Source: Heterodontus francisci (Eukaryota). Taken from it: a DNA stretch of 64,000 nucleotides. Location: positions 5,455,558-5,519,557 of the forward strand of contig NC_090399.1 of NCBI RefSeq assembly GCF_036365525.1, written 5' to 3'. Shown piece by piece: positions 63,001-64,000 of this stretch. Position 1 is the first letter of the stretch, and each line of letters starts with the position of its first letter. The translations under genes and the position numbers were made by a program. The notes under the pieces are model-generated. The model was given only the letters and a program-made list of their open reading frames with translations. It had not been told where the DNA came from and made no database searches.

Positions 63001-64000
63001 ACTCCGATAAGCCCATTCCCCTAAAGTCACTCCGACAAACCCATTCCCCTAAAGTCACTCCGATAAGCCCATTCCCCTAAAGTCACTCCGATAAGCCTAT
63101 TCCCATAACGTCACTCCGATAAGCCCATTCCCCTAAAGTCACTCCGATAAGCCCATTCCCCTAAAGTCACTCCGATAAACCCAGTCCACTAAAGTCACTC
63201 CGATAAGCTGATTCCCCGAAAGTCACTCCGATAAGCCCATACCCCTAAAGTCACTCCGATAAACCCAGTCCACTAAAGTCACTCCGATAAGCTCATTCCC
63301 CTAAAGTCACTCCGATAAGCCCATTCCCCTAAAGTCACTCCGATAAACCCAGTCCACTAAAGTCACTCCGATAAGCCCATACCCCTAAAGTCACTCCGAT
63401 AAGCTCATTCCCCTAAAGTCACTCCGATAAGCTCATTCCCCTAAAGTCACTCCGATAAGCCCATACCCCTAAAGTCACTCCGATAAACTCATTCCCCTAA
63501 AGTCACTCCGATAAGCTCATTCCCCTAAAGTCACTCCGATAAGCCCATTCCAATAAAGTCACTCCGATAAGTCCATTCCCCTAAAGTCACTCCGATAAGC
63601 CCATCCCCCTAAAGTCACTCTGATAAGCCCATTTGCCTAAAGTCACTCCGATAAACCCATTCCCCTAAAGTCACTCCGATAAGCCCATTCCCCTAACGTC
63701 ACTCCGATAAGCCCATTCCAATAAAGTCACTCCGATAAGCCCATTCCAATAAAGTCACTCCGATAAACCCATTCCCCTAAAGTCACTCCGATAAGCCCAT
63801 TCCCCTAACGTCACTCCGATAAGCCCATTCCCCTAAAGTCACTCTGATAAGCCCATTCGCCTAAAGTCACTCCGATAAACCCATTCCCCTAAAGTCACTC
63901 CGATAAGCCCATTCCCCTAACGTCACTCAGATAAGCCCATTCCCCTAAAGTCACTCCGATAAGCCCATTCCCCGATAGTCACTCCGATAAACCCATTCCC
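60067..64000. repeat. 28-bp dimeric satellite (AAAGTCACTCCGAT-AAGCCCATTCCCCT), running off the window end
   Basis: Two diverged 14-mers alternate; both are related to the upstream 14-bp unit. Confidence 0.98.

Noticed and set aside
60067-64000. Telomeric repeat (CCCTAA occurs in many 28-bp units)
   Set aside because: The hexamer is never tandem and derives by substitution from CCTATAA of the 14-mer.

Overview
This is eukaryotic (vertebrate) genomic DNA. The repeat content (CR1 LINEs, Deu-domain SINEs, an HE1/V-SINE) points to a cartilaginous fish, probably a shark; this is inferred from repeats only. Two spliced genes converge tail-to-tail. On the + strand are the last five coding exons of an ATF6-beta (ATF6B)-like ER-stress transcription factor (1442-15644). 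On the - strand is a complete 7-exon, ~527-aa secreted olfactomedin-like-2 (OLFML2/photomedin) family gene (54582-29824); I assembled it by hand, with GT-AG boundaries and consistent phases. The rest is retroelements (CR1 LINEs including one with an intact 984-aa ORF2, a second LINE family with a tRNA-like head, L2 and RTE remnants, SINEs), a TIR-bounded non-autonomous element and several tandem arrays. The two best leads are: (1) a divergent OLFML2 paralogue beside ATF6B, mirroring human ATF6/OLFML2B, which may be a third ohnologue lost in mammals; (2) a correctly phased U_UUA_AAC -1 frameshift heptamer plus a TAATG stop/start overlap at the CR1 ORF1/ORF2 junction. No searches were run; family comparisons are from memory.
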